A DNA stretch of 64,000 bases, taken from positions 315 to 64,314 of the forward strand of contig DASZER010000011.1 of assembly GCA_035940575.1 (NCBI GenBank). The letters are read 5' to 3'. The position numbers and the translations under genes are program-made. Of the stretch, positions 1 to 9,854 are shown one piece after another. The DNA is from Frankiaceae bacterium (lineage in GTDB: Bacteria; Actinomycetota; Actinomycetes; BP-191). Each line of letters opens with the position of its first letter. Within the stretch, counting starts at the first letter, position 1. The notes beneath the pieces were generated by a model. It was not told where the DNA came from and ran no database searches. It saw nothing but the letters and a program-made list of their open reading frames with translations.

Positions 1-2
1 TC

Positions 3-620
3 GACAAGTTCAAGCAGGTCAACGACCAGTACGGCCACCAGCGCGGCGACTCGGTGCTCATCGAGCTCGCGACGCGCGTCAAGGGCGCGATCCGCGAGGT
101 CGACACGCTCGCGCGGTACGGCGGCGAGGAGTTCGTGCTGATCCTCCCCGAGACCGACCTCGAAGGCGCCACGCTGGCGGCGGGCAAGATCTGCGAGATC
201 GTCCGGCAGCGGCGCTTCGGCGCGGCCGGCGAGGAGCCGATCCGCGTGACCGTCTCCGTGGGCGTCGCGGTGTACCCGGAGCACGGCCGCGCGGGCGCGA
301 CGCTCGTCCGCTCGGCGGACGCCGCGCTCTACGCCGCCAAGGAGTCGGGCCGCGACGGCTACTGGGTCGCGACGCCGATGCCGGACATGCCGTCGGCCGA
401 CGACCCGCCGCCCGCGCCGCCCGTGGAGACCGCTCCCGTCATCGAGGGCACGGTCCTCGCCGACGAGGACGACACCGACATCGGCAACGGCACCCGCGCC
501 ACCGAGGCGACCGACGCCGTCGACCCGGGCGCGACGGGCGCGAGCGGCGGCGGCGGCGCGGCGGAGGACCGCGCGGACACCGACGAGCCCGAGCCGGCGA
601 CGACGGGCCCAGTGGCGTAG
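3..620 (+). CDS. Diguanylate cyclase (GGDEF domain), 5'-truncated by the window edge
   Basis: The frame is open from base 3 (DKFKQVNDQYGHQRGD). It contains ARYGGEEF and ADAALYAAKESGR, followed by an acidic low-complexity tail. Confidence 0.9.
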   Translation, partial: DKFKQVNDQYGHQRGDSVLIELATRVKGAIREVDTLARYGGEEFVLILPETDLEGATLAAGKICEIVRQRRFGAAGEEPIRVTVSVGVAVYPEHGRAGATLVRSADAALYAAKESGRDGYWVATPMPDMPSADDPPPAPPVETAPVIEGTVLADEDDTDIGNGTRATEATDAVDPGATGASGGGGAAEDRADTDEPEPATTGPVA

Positions 621-638
621 TTCGTTAGGGTCGTCGGC

Positions 639-1514
639 ATGCGCCGCGTCACCAAGGCAGTCATCCCCGCCGCCGGTCTCGGCACGAGGTTCCTCCCCGC
701 GACGAAGGCGTCCCCCAAGGAGATGCTCCCCGTCGTCGACAAGCCCGCGATCCAGTACGTCGTCGAGGAGGCCGCGCGCGCCGGCCTGACCGACGTGCTG
801 CTCGTGACGGGCCGCGGCAAGCGCGCGCTCGAGGACCACTTCGACCGGATGCCCGAGCTGGAGAGCGCGCTGGCGGCGAAGGGCGACGACGCCCGCCTCG
901 CCCTCGTCCGCGAGCCCGAGGGCCTCGCCGACGTGCACTTCGTCCGCCAGGGCGACCCGCGCGGCCTCGGCCACGCGATCCTGTGCGCCGCCGCGCACGT
1001 CGGGGACGAGCCGTTCGCGGTGCTGCTCGGCGACGACCTCATCGACGAGCGCGACCCGCTGCTGGAGACGATGCTCGACATCCAGCGCGAACGCGGCGGC
1101 AGCGTCGTCGCGCTCATGGAGGTGCCGCCCGACCAGATCGCGATGTACGGCTGCGCGGCGACCGAGGGCGAGCCCGACGGCGACGTCGTACGCGTCACCG
1201 GACTGGTCGAGAAGCCCGACCCCGCCGAGGCGCCGAGCAACCTCGCGATCATCGGCCGCTACGTCCTCTCGCCGAGCATCTTCGACGAGATCCGCCAGAC
1301 GCCGCCGGGGCGCGGCAACGAGATCCAGATCACCGACGCGATGCAGCGCCTCCTCGCCCGCGAGCCGTTGCACGGCGTGGTGTTCCGCGGCCGCCGCTAC
1401 GACACCGGCGACCGCGCCGACTACCTCAAGGCGGTCGTGCGCCTCGCCGTCGACCGGCCCGACATCGGCCCTGGCTTCCTGGCCTGGCTGCGCGAGTTCG
1501 TGGCGGGCACGTGA
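639..1514 (+). CDS. galU: UTP--glucose-1-phosphate uridylyltransferase
   Basis: KAVIPAAGLGTRFLPATKASPKEMLPVVDKP, GLGHA and VEKP motifs. Confidence 0.95.
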   Translation: MRRVTKAVIPAAGLGTRFLPATKASPKEMLPVVDKPAIQYVVEEAARAGLTDVLLVTGRGKRALEDHFDRMPELESALAAKGDDARLALVREPEGLADVHFVRQGDPRGLGHAILCAAAHVGDEPFAVLLGDDLIDERDPLLETMLDIQRERGGSVVALMEVPPDQIAMYGCAATEGEPDGDVVRVTGLVEKPDPAEAPSNLAIIGRYVLSPSIFDEIRQTPPGRGNEIQITDAMQRLLAREPLHGVVFRGRRYDTGDRADYLKAVVRLAVDRPDIGPGFLAWLREFVAGT

Positions 1515-2695
1515 CCCCGGTCGACGCCCACCTCAAGCGGGTCCTCGGGGAGCTGCACCCGCTCCCCGAGCTCGAGCTGCGCCTGCTCGACGCCCACGGC
1601 TGCGTGCTCGCCGAGGACGTCGTCGCCGAGGGGCCGCTGCCGGCGCACGACACCGCGACCGTCGACGGCTACGCCGTCCGCGCGGCCGACGTCGCCGCCG
1701 CCACCGCCGAGGCGCCGGTGTCGCTGCACGTCGTCGCGGACGTGCCCGTCGGCCAGGTGCCGACGGTCGTCGTGCAGCAGGCCCTGGCCGTACGTGTCCG
1801 CGCCGGCTCGGTCGTCCCGCGCGGGACCGAGGCGGTCGTGCCGGCGGCGTACACCGACGGCGGCATCGCGCACGTGCGCGTCGCCCGGCCGGTGCCGGCG
1901 GGCGCGTACGTCCGCAGGGCAGGCGACGACGTCGCGGCGGGCACGCCCGTCCTCTCGCGCAGCGCCCTCGTCAACGCGCCGCAGGTCGCGCTGCTCGCGG
2001 CCGTGGGCCGCCGCAACGTCCTCGCCCGCCCGCGCCCGCGCGTCGTCGTCGTCGCCTCCGGCGCGGACCTCGCGGGCGAGGCGGCGGTACGCGACGCCAG
2101 CGGCACGGCGATCGCGGCGGCGGTGCGCGAGGCGGGCGGCGTGGCGTACCACGCGGGCGTCGTCGCGGAGGACCCGAGGGAGTTCGCGAACGTCGTCGAG
2201 GACCACCTCATCCAGGCCGACCTCGTCGTCGTCACGGGCTCGGGCATCGACGCGGTCAGCCGCGACGTGCTGCCGCGGCTCGGCGAGGTGACGTTCGAGG
2301 ACCTCGCGATGGAGCCGGCGGGCGTGCACGGGTTCGGGCGGATCGGGCCCGACGGGACGCCGGTGTTCGCGCTGCCCGGCGGCGCGGTCGCGTCGCTGGT
2401 GGCGTTCGAGGTGTTCGTGCGCCCCGCGCTGCGGCGGATGCTCGGCTCGGAGACGCTCGGGCGGCCGCACGTGAGCGCGGTGGCGACGCGGTCGTTCGCG
2501 TCGGCGCCGGGCCGCCGCGACTTCGTCCGCGCGCGCGTCGAGCGCTCCGCCGACCGCTGGGTCGTGACGCCGGTCGCGCCGCACCTCGCCGGCTTCGCCG
2601 CCGCCAACGCGCTGACGATCGTCCCCGAGGACGTGAGCGAGGTCGCCGAGGGCACGCCGTTGCTCACCTGGCTGCTGGAACGCCGCGGCGTATGA
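1511..2695 (+). CDS. moeA: MoeA-family / gephyrin-like protein (Glp)
   Basis: GTG start overlaps the galU stop (GTGA). Motifs DAHGCVLAEDV, DGYAVRAAD and FEVFVRPALRRMLG; conserved galU-moeA-rimJ synteny. Confidence 0.85.
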   Translation: MTPVDAHLKRVLGELHPLPELELRLLDAHGCVLAEDVVAEGPLPAHDTATVDGYAVRAADVAAATAEAPVSLHVVADVPVGQVPTVVVQQALAVRVRAGSVVPRGTEAVVPAAYTDGGIAHVRVARPVPAGAYVRRAGDDVAAGTPVLSRSALVNAPQVALLAAVGRRNVLARPRPRVVVVASGADLAGEAAVRDASGTAIAAAVREAGGVAYHAGVVAEDPREFANVVEDHLIQADLVVVTGSGIDAVSRDVLPRLGEVTFEDLAMEPAGVHGFGRIGPDGTPVFALPGGAVASLVAFEVFVRPALRRMLGSETLGRPHVSAVATRSFASAPGRRDFVRARVERSADRWVVTPVAPHLAGFAAANALTIVPEDVSEVAEGTPLLTWLLERRGV

Positions 2696-3303
2696 GCCGC
2701 GCCTGGCCCGCGACCCTGCGCGACGGCGAGGTCGAGCTGCGGCCGTACCGGATGCGCGACGCGGCGGCGTTCAGCGAGGTCAGGCTGTCGAACGAGGCGT
2801 GGCTGCGGCCGTGGGAGCCGACCGCGTCGGGGACGTGGGAGGACCGCTTCGCGGTGACGTCGTTCCCGCCGATGCTACGGGCGCTGCGCAGGCAGGCGCG
2901 GCAGGGGACGACGTACGCGTTCGCGGTCACCTACCGCGGCAGGTTCGTCGGCGGCACGACGGTCGGCAACATCTGGCGCGCGAGCCTCGGCTCCTGCTTC
3001 CTCGGCTACTGGGTCGACGGCCGCCACGCCGGACGCGGCATCGTGCCGACGGCGGTCGCGCTCGCGACCGACCACTGCTTCGGCCCGCTCGGGCTGCACC
3101 GCGTCGAGGCGAACGTGCGCCCCGAGAACGCCGCGAGCCGCCGCGTGATGGAGAAGCTCGGGTTCCGCGAGGAGGGGCTGCGCGAGCGCTACCTCTACAT
3201 CGACGGCGCGTGGCGCGACCACGTGTCGTACGCGCTCACGGTCGAGGACGTGCCGGGCGGATTGCTGCGCCGGTGGCACGCGGTCCGCGACAGATCGACA
3301 TAA
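2692..3303 (+). CDS. rimJ: RimJ/RimL-family GNAT N-acetyltransferase
   Basis: LGYWVD, GRGI, LHRVEANVRPENAASRRVMEKLGFREEG and IDGAWRDH motifs. Confidence 0.85.
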   Translation: MSRAWPATLRDGEVELRPYRMRDAAAFSEVRLSNEAWLRPWEPTASGTWEDRFAVTSFPPMLRALRRQARQGTTYAFAVTYRGRFVGGTTVGNIWRASLGSCFLGYWVDGRHAGRGIVPTAVALATDHCFGPLGLHRVEANVRPENAASRRVMEKLGFREEGLRERYLYIDGAWRDHVSYALTVEDVPGGLLRRWHAVRDRST

Positions 3304-3319
3304 CGCCGCGTGTCGCTGC

Positions 3320-3889
3320 GTGAACATCGCGCGCCGCGCCCCTACCGTCGTTGACGTGCCGCTGATCGCCGGCCTGGCCGTTCTCTGGTTCGTCGTGATC
3401 GCGTGGGCCACGCGGGACAACCGCGAGGCAGCGCACGACGGCCGCTCGATCGACCGCTACTCCCACGCGATGCGCGTCCTGTCGCGGCGCCCGCCGGCCA
3501 AGCCCGCGTCGTCGTCCTCGGGCCGCTACATCGTCGTCCCCGGCACCCGCGTCACCGACCCCGCGCAGGCCACCGCGCGGATGCTCGAACGCCGCCGCCG
3601 GATCCTCCACGGGCTGCTCACCGCGTCCGCGATCTCGTTCGCGGGGATGCTGCTCGGCGGGCCCTGGTTCGTGATCCACCTCGTGGTCGACGCGGCGCTG
3701 GTGGCGTACGTCGTGTTCCTCCGCAGGGTCGCGCTGGCGCAGGCCGAGAAGGCCCGCAGGGAGCGCCGCGCGCGGCTGCGGGAGCGCGAGGCGGAGCACC
3801 GCGCGCGCTACGAGGCCGAGCACGAGCCGGTCGCGCCGGTGCTCCCGATGCCCGAGCGCGTGGAGCGGAAGCGGGCGGTCGGCGACTGA
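3320..3889 (+). CDS. Membrane protein, probable GlpR/SepX-type divisome protein
   Basis: N-terminal TM helix, a SIDRYSHAMRVLSRR segment, RRRR followed by two TM helices and a charged tail. It sits between rimJ and tRNA-Ala as in other actinobacteria. Start codon uncertain. Confidence 0.6.
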   Translation: MNIARRAPTVVDVPLIAGLAVLWFVVIAWATRDNREAAHDGRSIDRYSHAMRVLSRRPPAKPASSSSGRYIVVPGTRVTDPAQATARMLERRRRILHGLLTASAISFAGMLLGGPWFVIHLVVDAALVAYVVFLRRVALAQAEKARRERRARLREREAEHRARYEAEHEPVAPVLPMPERVERKRAVGD

Positions 3890-3918
3890 CGCCGCGTGGT
3901 AGCCTCGTCGGCGTCCGA

Positions 3919-3992
3919 GGGGGTGTGGCTCAGTCCGGTAGAGCGCTTCCCTCGCACGGAAGAGGCCAGGGGTTCGAATCCCCTCACCTCCA
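3919..3992 (+). tRNA. tRNA-Ala(CGC)
   Basis: Cloverleaf with acceptor GGGGGTG/CACCTCC including G3:U70, anticodon arm CTTCC-CTCGCAC-GGAAG, T-loop TTCGAAT. Confidence 0.95.
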
Positions 3993-4006
3993 CTCTCGGA
4001 ACATGA

Positions 4007-4040
4007 GACGAAGGCCCCGGCACGCGCCGGGGCCTTCGTC
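4007..4040. terminator. Bidirectional hairpin terminator
   Basis: Perfect inverted repeat GACGAAGGCCCCGG/CCGGGGCCTTCGTC between convergent genes. Confidence 0.8.
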
Positions 4041-4049
4041 GTCAACGGC

Positions 4050-4979
4050 CTACGTGTACGACACCACCGCCCTCACCGAGCAGTGGTCGGAGTACGTCGC
4101 GCACACGCCCTTGTCGATCGTCGCCTGCGCGCTGCTCGTCGCCTTCGCGGTCGACCCGCGCTTGGCGAGGACGTAGTCGATCCGCTTGCCCGCGCTCGCG
4201 CCGCCGTGCGTCCAGTGCGTGTCGAGGCAGGACCGCGACGCCGCGCAGAGGTCGTAGATCACGTCCGACCAGCCGAGGTCGACGCCACCGCAGGTGGTGT
4301 TGGTCCCGGCCTGGACGACCGTGCCCTCCCACCAGCAGTTGTACTGCGCGCCGCCCCAGTCCGCGGAGTTCGTGTCGCTGCCGATCAGGTGCAGGTTGCC
4401 GCTCCACGTCGAGCGCGCGAGCTTGTCGGTGGCGAGCTGCATGTTGAGCCAGGTGCAGTGGTTGTTGGTGCCCTTCGGCGGCGTCTTCATCGACACCGCC
4501 GCGACGACCTTGCTCGTGTTGACCTTGTCCTGGAGCTTGACCTGGATCGCGGCGGCGTTGTTGGCGCCCGCGTCGCACGTCGCGTCGTCGGTGCCGCCGT
4601 AGCCGAGCCACGTCTCGGACTTCAGCAGGTCGAACCGCGCCGAGCGCCAGAACACCGCGCGCTTGTTCGCCGCCGCCGAGGAGTCGTAGACGTAGCCGTA
4701 CGACGTGCCGAGGCGGCCGGTGAGGTTGTTCGCGAAGTCGATGACCTTGACGGCGCTCTCGAAGTCCTGGCCGAGGATGACGTCGGGCGTCGGGGCGTTG
4801 GAGTCGGCCGCGATCGCGTCGATCCAGCCGGTCCAGTTCTCGTAGTACTGGTGCACGTTGTACTGGTAGACCGCGACCGCGCCGCTGCCCGTGGTGTACG
4901 ACGCGTCCGCGCTCCCGGGCAGTGCCAGGGCTCCCGGCACCGCGAGCAGCAGCGCGATCCTTCGCCATGCATTGATCAT
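4050..4979 (-). CDS. Secreted endonuclease/exonuclease/phosphatase (EEP) family protein
   Basis: Signal peptide; YQYNV, PDVILGQD, GSDTN, RIDYVL and YSDH motifs of the DNase I-like fold. Confidence 0.7.
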   Translation of the reverse strand: MINAWRRIALLLAVPGALALPGSADASYTTGSGAVAVYQYNVHQYYENWTGWIDAIAADSNAPTPDVILGQDFESAVKVIDFANNLTGRLGTSYGYVYDSSAAANKRAVFWRSARFDLLKSETWLGYGGTDDATCDAGANNAAAIQVKLQDKVNTSKVVAAVSMKTPPKGTNNHCTWLNMQLATDKLARSTWSGNLHLIGSDTNSADWGGAQYNCWWEGTVVQAGTNTTCGGVDLGWSDVIYDLCAASRSCLDTHWTHGGASAGKRIDYVLAKRGSTAKATSSAQATIDKGVCATYSDHCSVRAVVSYT

Positions 4980-5083
4980 GAGAATCCCCCTCTGGGTGTG
5001 GTGGGACGCGTCACGCTACGGACCGAATCCGATTTCGGATGCGTTTCCCGGAAAAGAGGATTTAGAAGGGAACTCGGGTTGAT

Positions 5084-5437
5084 CTACGCGTTCTCCGGCG
5101 GCGGCGTGACGCCCACCGCGGCGCACAGGGCGTCGATCCGCTCCGCCGACTTCCGCAGCGCCTGGACGTCCTTGACGGCGGCGTTGCCGTTGCCGTCGGC
5201 GACATGGCCCTGGAGCCGCCGGGTGTGGGTGGCGAAGCGGACGAGCTCGACGCCGAGGTCGTCGTAGTCGCTGTGCAGCAACGGCTTCGCGCGGTTCTCG
5301 ACGTCCCCGGGCTTCGTCTGCGTCTCCGCGGCGTAGTACGTCTCGCACGCCGCCCGCGCGTCCTCGACGGTGGCGTTCGAACGCGGCGCCGCGCAGCCCG
5401 CGACGGCGCTGGCGAGGGCGAGGGGCAGCAGCCTCAC
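5084..5437 (-). CDS. Hypothetical lipoprotein
   Basis: Lipobox AVAGC; start overlaps the stop of the upstream SIMPL gene. Confidence 0.6.
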   Translation of the reverse strand: MRLLPLALASAVAGCAAPRSNATVEDARAACETYYAAETQTKPGDVENRAKPLLHSDYDDLGVELVRFATHTRRLQGHVADGNGNAAVKDVQALRKSAERIDALCAAVGVTPPPENA

Positions 5438-6123
5438 AGCGACGTCGGCGCCTCGATCGTGAACCGCGCCTCGACCGACGCCCGCACGACCTGGTGCACG
5501 GGCTCCAGGTCCAGCGACACCGGCTCGGGCGCGACCGACTCCCTGCGCATCGGCGAGGGCGCGGCCATCGCGGCGACCGCATAGGGCGGGCCGCCGCCGT
5601 ACGACGTCACGGCCTCCGTCAGCAGCCCGGTGTCGGCGAGCTCGACCAGGCCGGTGAGCCGCGAGCCGAGCGCGCCCGCGTACTCCGACGCCCGCGTCAC
5701 CGCGTCGCGCGCCGCCGCGACCCGCGCCGAGCGGTAGACGGCCGAGTCGCGGCGCAGCGCCCAGCGCGGGCCGTACACGTCGACCATCTCCTGCTCGGCG
5801 AGGCGCGACACGAGGTCGCCGAGGCGCGTGAAGTCCACGACCTCGACGGTGTGCCGCACGTACCCGTGGTAGCCGACGACCCGCTCGCGCGGCTTGCCGT
5901 CCTTGAGCTCGGGGGAGATCCGAACGGCCGCCGTCTCGACCCGCTCGACCGCGTCGCCGAACGACGCCACGAGCGCGAGCACCGCGGACGAGCGGCGGTC
6001 GAGCGAGGCCAGCGTGCGCTCGCGGTCCTTGTCCTGCGCGGCGACCGACACCTCGACCGTCGCTACCTCGGGCTCGACCTCGAGGACGGTCTCGCCGCGC
6101 ACGGACACGAGTGGCGCCTCCAC
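5434..6123 (-). CDS. SIMPL (DUF541) domain protein
   Basis: C-terminal part of ORF 5434..7845, from GTG at 6123. VSVRGETVLEVEPEVATVEVSV, AARDAVTRASEYAGALG and VRASVEARF patterns. Confidence 0.8.
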   Translation of the reverse strand: MEAPLVSVRGETVLEVEPEVATVEVSVAAQDKDRERTLASLDRRSSAVLALVASFGDAVERVETAAVRISPELKDGKPRERVVGYHGYVRHTVEVVDFTRLGDLVSRLAEQEMVDVYGPRWALRRDSAVYRSARVAAARDAVTRASEYAGALGSRLTGLVELADTGLLTEAVTSYGGGPPYAVAAMAAPSPMRRESVAPEPVSLDLEPVHQVVRASVEARFTIEAPTSL

Positions 6124-6137
6124 GGGCGCAGCATGAC

Positions 6138-7697
6138 CTAGATCCAGCTCGAGAACCACATGCGGCTGTGCCACGTCTCGTACGGCACGATCTCCGCCGC
6201 GAGGATCGGGTACAGGTAGTAGAAGTTCAGGATCACCAGCAGCGCGTACGCGCCCACGCCCGCGGCGCCGATCTGGCGGCGTTGCGGCGAGTCGCCGGGG
6301 CGGCCGAGCGCGAGGCCCGCGCAGTACGCCAGCGCGAGGCACATGAACGGCACGGCCGGCAGCGCGTAGAACAGGAACTCCGTGCGGTCCGACGGCCAGA
6401 ACCACGGGACGTACCCGGCCGCGAACGCCACGAGGATGAACGACGCGCGCCAGTCGCGCCGCGAGATCCAGCCCCACACGCAGCCGCCGAGCGCGATCAC
6501 CGAGCCCCACCAGATCGCGGGCGTGCCGATGCCGAGGACGGCCTGCGCGGTCCCCTCGCGCGGCGTCTCGTAGAAGTACGCGACGGGCCGCGCGAGGAAC
6601 AGCCAGCCGTACGGCTTCGACTCGTACGCGTGCGACGAGTCGAGGTGCACGTGGAAGTCGTAGACCTGCTGGTGGTACGCCAGCCAGCCCTTGATCGGGC
6701 CGCAGCCGTCGCCCCAGCTCGGGTTGCCGCACGAACGCCGCCAGCCCCCGTCGGTCACGAACCAGCCGCTCCACGTGCCGACGTACGTCACCACGGGGAC
6801 GACCGTCGCGACGAACACGAACGCCGTCCACGCGTCGCGCCGCAGCGCCGCGCGGAACGGCCGCGGGATGCCCGCCGCCCTGCGCGCGCCGACGTCCCAC
6901 GCGAACGCCACCAGCGCGAGCGCGGGCACGTAGTAGACCGCGCTCCACTTCACGCCGATCGCGGCGCCGAGCATGACGCCCGTCGCGACGCGCCAGGGTC
7001 TGAGCCCGAGCGAGGGACCCGGGAACGACAGGTCCTCGCCGAGGCGTTCGGAGAGCCGCCTCCGGCCCCAGTCCCTGTCGGCGACGAGGCACGCTGCGGC
7101 GGCCACGACGAAGAACATCAGGAAGACGTCGAGCATCGCCATCCGGCTCTGCACGAAGTGCAGCCCGTCGAGGGCGAGCAGCATCCCCGCGAAGCAGCCG
7201 AGCAGCGTCGAGCGGAACAGCCGCCGCCCCATCCGCGCGACGACGAGGATCGACAGCGCGCCGAACACGCACGCCGCGATCCGCCAGCCGAACGCCGCGC
7301 GCGAGCCGCCGTTGGGGTCGTAGCCGAAGATCAGCTCGCCGATGCCGATGAGCCACTTGCCGAGCGGCGGGTGGACGACGTACGCCGGCTCGCCGACCTT
7401 GTCGATGATGCAGACGTTGTCGGGGCGGTGGGCGTGCTCGTAGCCGAAGCGCACGAGCGTCTGCGCGTCGCACGAGTAGTAGACCTCGTCGAACGCCGTC
7501 TTGGCCGGGGTCGCCAGCCGGTAGAACCGCAGCGCGAAGCCGAACAGCGTCACCGCGATCGGGCCGAGCCAGCCGAGCAGCGCGTTGCCGGGGATCGGGC
7601 GCCACAACGGCCGCTCGGGCCGGTGCCCGCGGCGCGGCCGCCGCGCGGGCGCCTCCACCGGCTCCCAGACGTCGGGTGCCACTCCGGTCGTCGCCAT
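6138..7697 (-). CDS. pmt: Protein O-mannosyltransferase (PMT family)
   Basis: FDEVYY, VHPPLGKWLI, FGWR, SRMAMLD, VKWS and HAYESKP motifs; multi-TM; divergent from rsmI. Confidence 0.9.
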   Translation of the reverse strand: MATTGVAPDVWEPVEAPARRPRRGHRPERPLWRPIPGNALLGWLGPIAVTLFGFALRFYRLATPAKTAFDEVYYSCDAQTLVRFGYEHAHRPDNVCIIDKVGEPAYVVHPPLGKWLIGIGELIFGYDPNGGSRAAFGWRIAACVFGALSILVVARMGRRLFRSTLLGCFAGMLLALDGLHFVQSRMAMLDVFLMFFVVAAAACLVADRDWGRRRLSERLGEDLSFPGPSLGLRPWRVATGVMLGAAIGVKWSAVYYVPALALVAFAWDVGARRAAGIPRPFRAALRRDAWTAFVFVATVVPVVTYVGTWSGWFVTDGGWRRSCGNPSWGDGCGPIKGWLAYHQQVYDFHVHLDSSHAYESKPYGWLFLARPVAYFYETPREGTAQAVLGIGTPAIWWGSVIALGGCVWGWISRRDWRASFILVAFAAGYVPWFWPSDRTEFLFYALPAVPFMCLALAYCAGLALGRPGDSPQRRQIGAAGVGAYALLVILNFYYLYPILAAEIVPYETWHSRMWFSSWI

Positions 7698-7735
7698 GGC
7701 CCGGATCGTACGGGCGCGGCTGCCAGGATGACCGC

Positions 7736-8590
7736 ATGAGCGGCCGCCTCGTCCTCTGCGGCGCACCGATCGGCAACGTCGCCGACGCGTCGCCGCGCCT
7801 CGCCCGCACGCTGGCCGAGGCCGGCGTCGTCGCGGCCGAGGACACCCGCAGGCTGCTGCGGCTGGCCCGCGAGCTGGACGTGCGCGTCGCGCGCGTCGTG
7901 TCCTACCACGACGCCAACGAGTCCTCGCGCACCCCCGAGCTGCTGCGCGCGCTGGAGGCCGGCGAGACCGTCGCGCTCGTGACCGACGCGGGCATGCCGG
8001 GCGTCTCCGACCCGGGCTACCGACTCGTGGCGGCGGCCGTCGCGGCGGGCGTCGACGTGACGGTGGTGCCGGGCCCGAGCGCGGTGACGGCGGCGGTCGC
8101 GCTGTCGGGGCTGCCGAGCGACCGGTGGTGCATGGAGGGGTTCCTGCCGCGCAAGGCGGGCGAGCGGCGTACGCGGCTCGCCGACCTCGCGGACGAGCGG
8201 CGGACGCTCGTGCTGTTCGAGGCGCCGCACCGGCTCGCCGCGACGCTCGCGGATCTCGCGGAGGCGTTCGGCGGTGACCGCCGCGCCGTCGCGTGCAGGG
8301 AGCTGACGAAGACGTACGAGGAGGTCAGGCGCGGCACCCTGGGCGAGCTCGCCGAGTGGGCGGCAGGGGAGGTGCGCGGCGAGCTGACGCTCGTGGTGGA
8401 GGGCGCGGCGCAACGTCCCGCCGGCGCGTCGCCGGCGGACCTCGCCGACGAGGTCGCGAGCCGCGAGGCGGCGGGCTCGGCGCGCAAGGACGCGATCGCC
8501 GAGACCGCCAAGGCGCGCGGGCTGCCCAAGCGCGAGGTGTACGACGCCGTCGTCGCGGCGCGCCCCGCGCGGCCGCCGCGAGCACCGTAG
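7736..8590 (+). CDS. rsmI: 16S rRNA (cytidine1402-2'-O)-methyltransferase
   Basis: PIGN, AEDTR, TDAGMPGVSDPG, PGPSA and RELTKTYEE motifs. Confidence 0.95.
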   Translation: MSGRLVLCGAPIGNVADASPRLARTLAEAGVVAAEDTRRLLRLARELDVRVARVVSYHDANESSRTPELLRALEAGETVALVTDAGMPGVSDPGYRLVAAAVAAGVDVTVVPGPSAVTAAVALSGLPSDRWCMEGFLPRKAGERRTRLADLADERRTLVLFEAPHRLAATLADLAEAFGGDRRAVACRELTKTYEEVRRGTLGELAEWAAGEVRGELTLVVEGAAQRPAGASPADLADEVASREAAGSARKDAIAETAKARGLPKREVYDAVVAARPARPPRAP

Positions 8591-8649
8591 CGGCCGATCG
8601 AGACGTGGCCGTGACCCGCGCCGCCGGGTGGTCGCCTAGGGTCGGGAGG

Positions 8650-9363
8650 GTGACCCGGCTGCGCGCGCTCGTGCTCCTCGCGCTCGGGTGCGCGCTGGCC
8701 GTCGCGGCGGCGTCGACGGGGCCTTTCCTCGAGCCCGACCGCGAGACGGCGTTCGCGGTCCGCGGCGTGCGCGTCCGCGCCCGCGAGGAGCGGCCCAAGC
8801 CGCCGTTCGCGGTCGAGCCGCCGCGGGCGATCCGCGCGGTCGTCGACTGGTTCAACGTCGTCGTCCAGGTCCTCGCGATCCTGCTCACCGCGGCCGTCAT
8901 CCTCGTGGGGCTCTACCTGTTCGTCCGCACGCTGCTGGCGCTCGTCCGCCTGCGCCTGCACCGCGGCCGCGCCACGAGGTCGAGGGAGTACGACAGCGGC
9001 GAGACCTCGCACGACGACGCGGAGAGCAAGCTGCGCCGCCGCGTCGCCGACGACCTGCGGCTGCTCTCGGCCGACCTCGACGACGACGCCGACCCGCGCG
9101 AGGCCGTCATCGCCTGCTACGTCCGCATGGAGCGCGCGCTCGCCGAGGCGGGCTCGCCGCGCGGGGCGACCGAGACGCCGTTGGAGCTGCTGCGCCGGGT
9201 CCTCGCGTCGTTCGCCGTCCCCGAGGCCGACGTGCGCAGGCTCACCGACCTGTTCACCGAGGCGCGGTTCTCCTCGCACCCGGTCACCGACGAGATGCGT
9301 CACGCGGCCCGCCGCTCGCTCGGCGCAGTGTCCGACGCGCTGACCGCGGGAGCCGCTCCGTGA
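8650..9363 (+). CDS. DUF4129 domain membrane protein
   Basis: DPREAVIACYVRME, ETPLE and LTDLFTEARFSSH motifs; first gene of a MoxR operon. Confidence 0.75.
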   Translation: MTRLRALVLLALGCALAVAAASTGPFLEPDRETAFAVRGVRVRAREERPKPPFAVEPPRAIRAVVDWFNVVVQVLAILLTAAVILVGLYLFVRTLLALVRLRLHRGRATRSREYDSGETSHDDAESKLRRRVADDLRLLSADLDDDADPREAVIACYVRMERALAEAGSPRGATETPLELLRRVLASFAVPEADVRRLTDLFTEARFSSHPVTDEMRHAARRSLGAVSDALTAGAAP

Positions 9364-9854
9364 GGGCGCGCCGGTGGTTCTGGTGGAGCGCCGCGCTGTT
9401 CGCGGCGTTCCTCGGCGTCGGGCTGGTCGTGCCCGCGTCGCGCGGGCGGCAGGACAGGGTCGCGGTGCTGACGGGCGTGCTCGTCGTCTGCGTGCTCGTA
9501 CGCCGCTCGATCGGCGTGGGCACGCGGCCGGAGCCGGAGACCGGGTACGGCCCGGCCGACCTCGGCATCGCGGACGAGCAGGACGTACGGCTCGCGCGGC
9601 TCGACACGTCCGTCGCGCGCGCCGCCGAGTCGGCGGAGCACTACGCGAACGCGTTCGTGCCGATGCTGCGCAGGCTCGCGAAGGAACGGCTCGCCGACCG
9701 CGCGGGCATCGACGCCGACGCCGACCCGGCGGGGGCACGGCGAGTGATGGGTGAGGAGCTATGGGAGATCTTCGCGACGCGGCCGGACGCGCACGGGCGG
9801 GCACCCGAGCCGGCACGGCTGCGCGTGCTCGTGGAACGGCTGGAACGGCTGTAG
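9360..9854 (+). CDS. Hypothetical membrane protein of the MoxR operon
   Basis: GTGA overlap with the upstream gene, two TM helices, C-terminal LVERLERL. Confidence 0.65.
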   Translation: MRARRWFWWSAALFAAFLGVGLVVPASRGRQDRVAVLTGVLVVCVLVRRSIGVGTRPEPETGYGPADLGIADEQDVRLARLDTSVARAAESAEHYANAFVPMLRRLAKERLADRAGIDADADPAGARRVMGEELWEIFATRPDAHGRAPEPARLRVLVERLERL

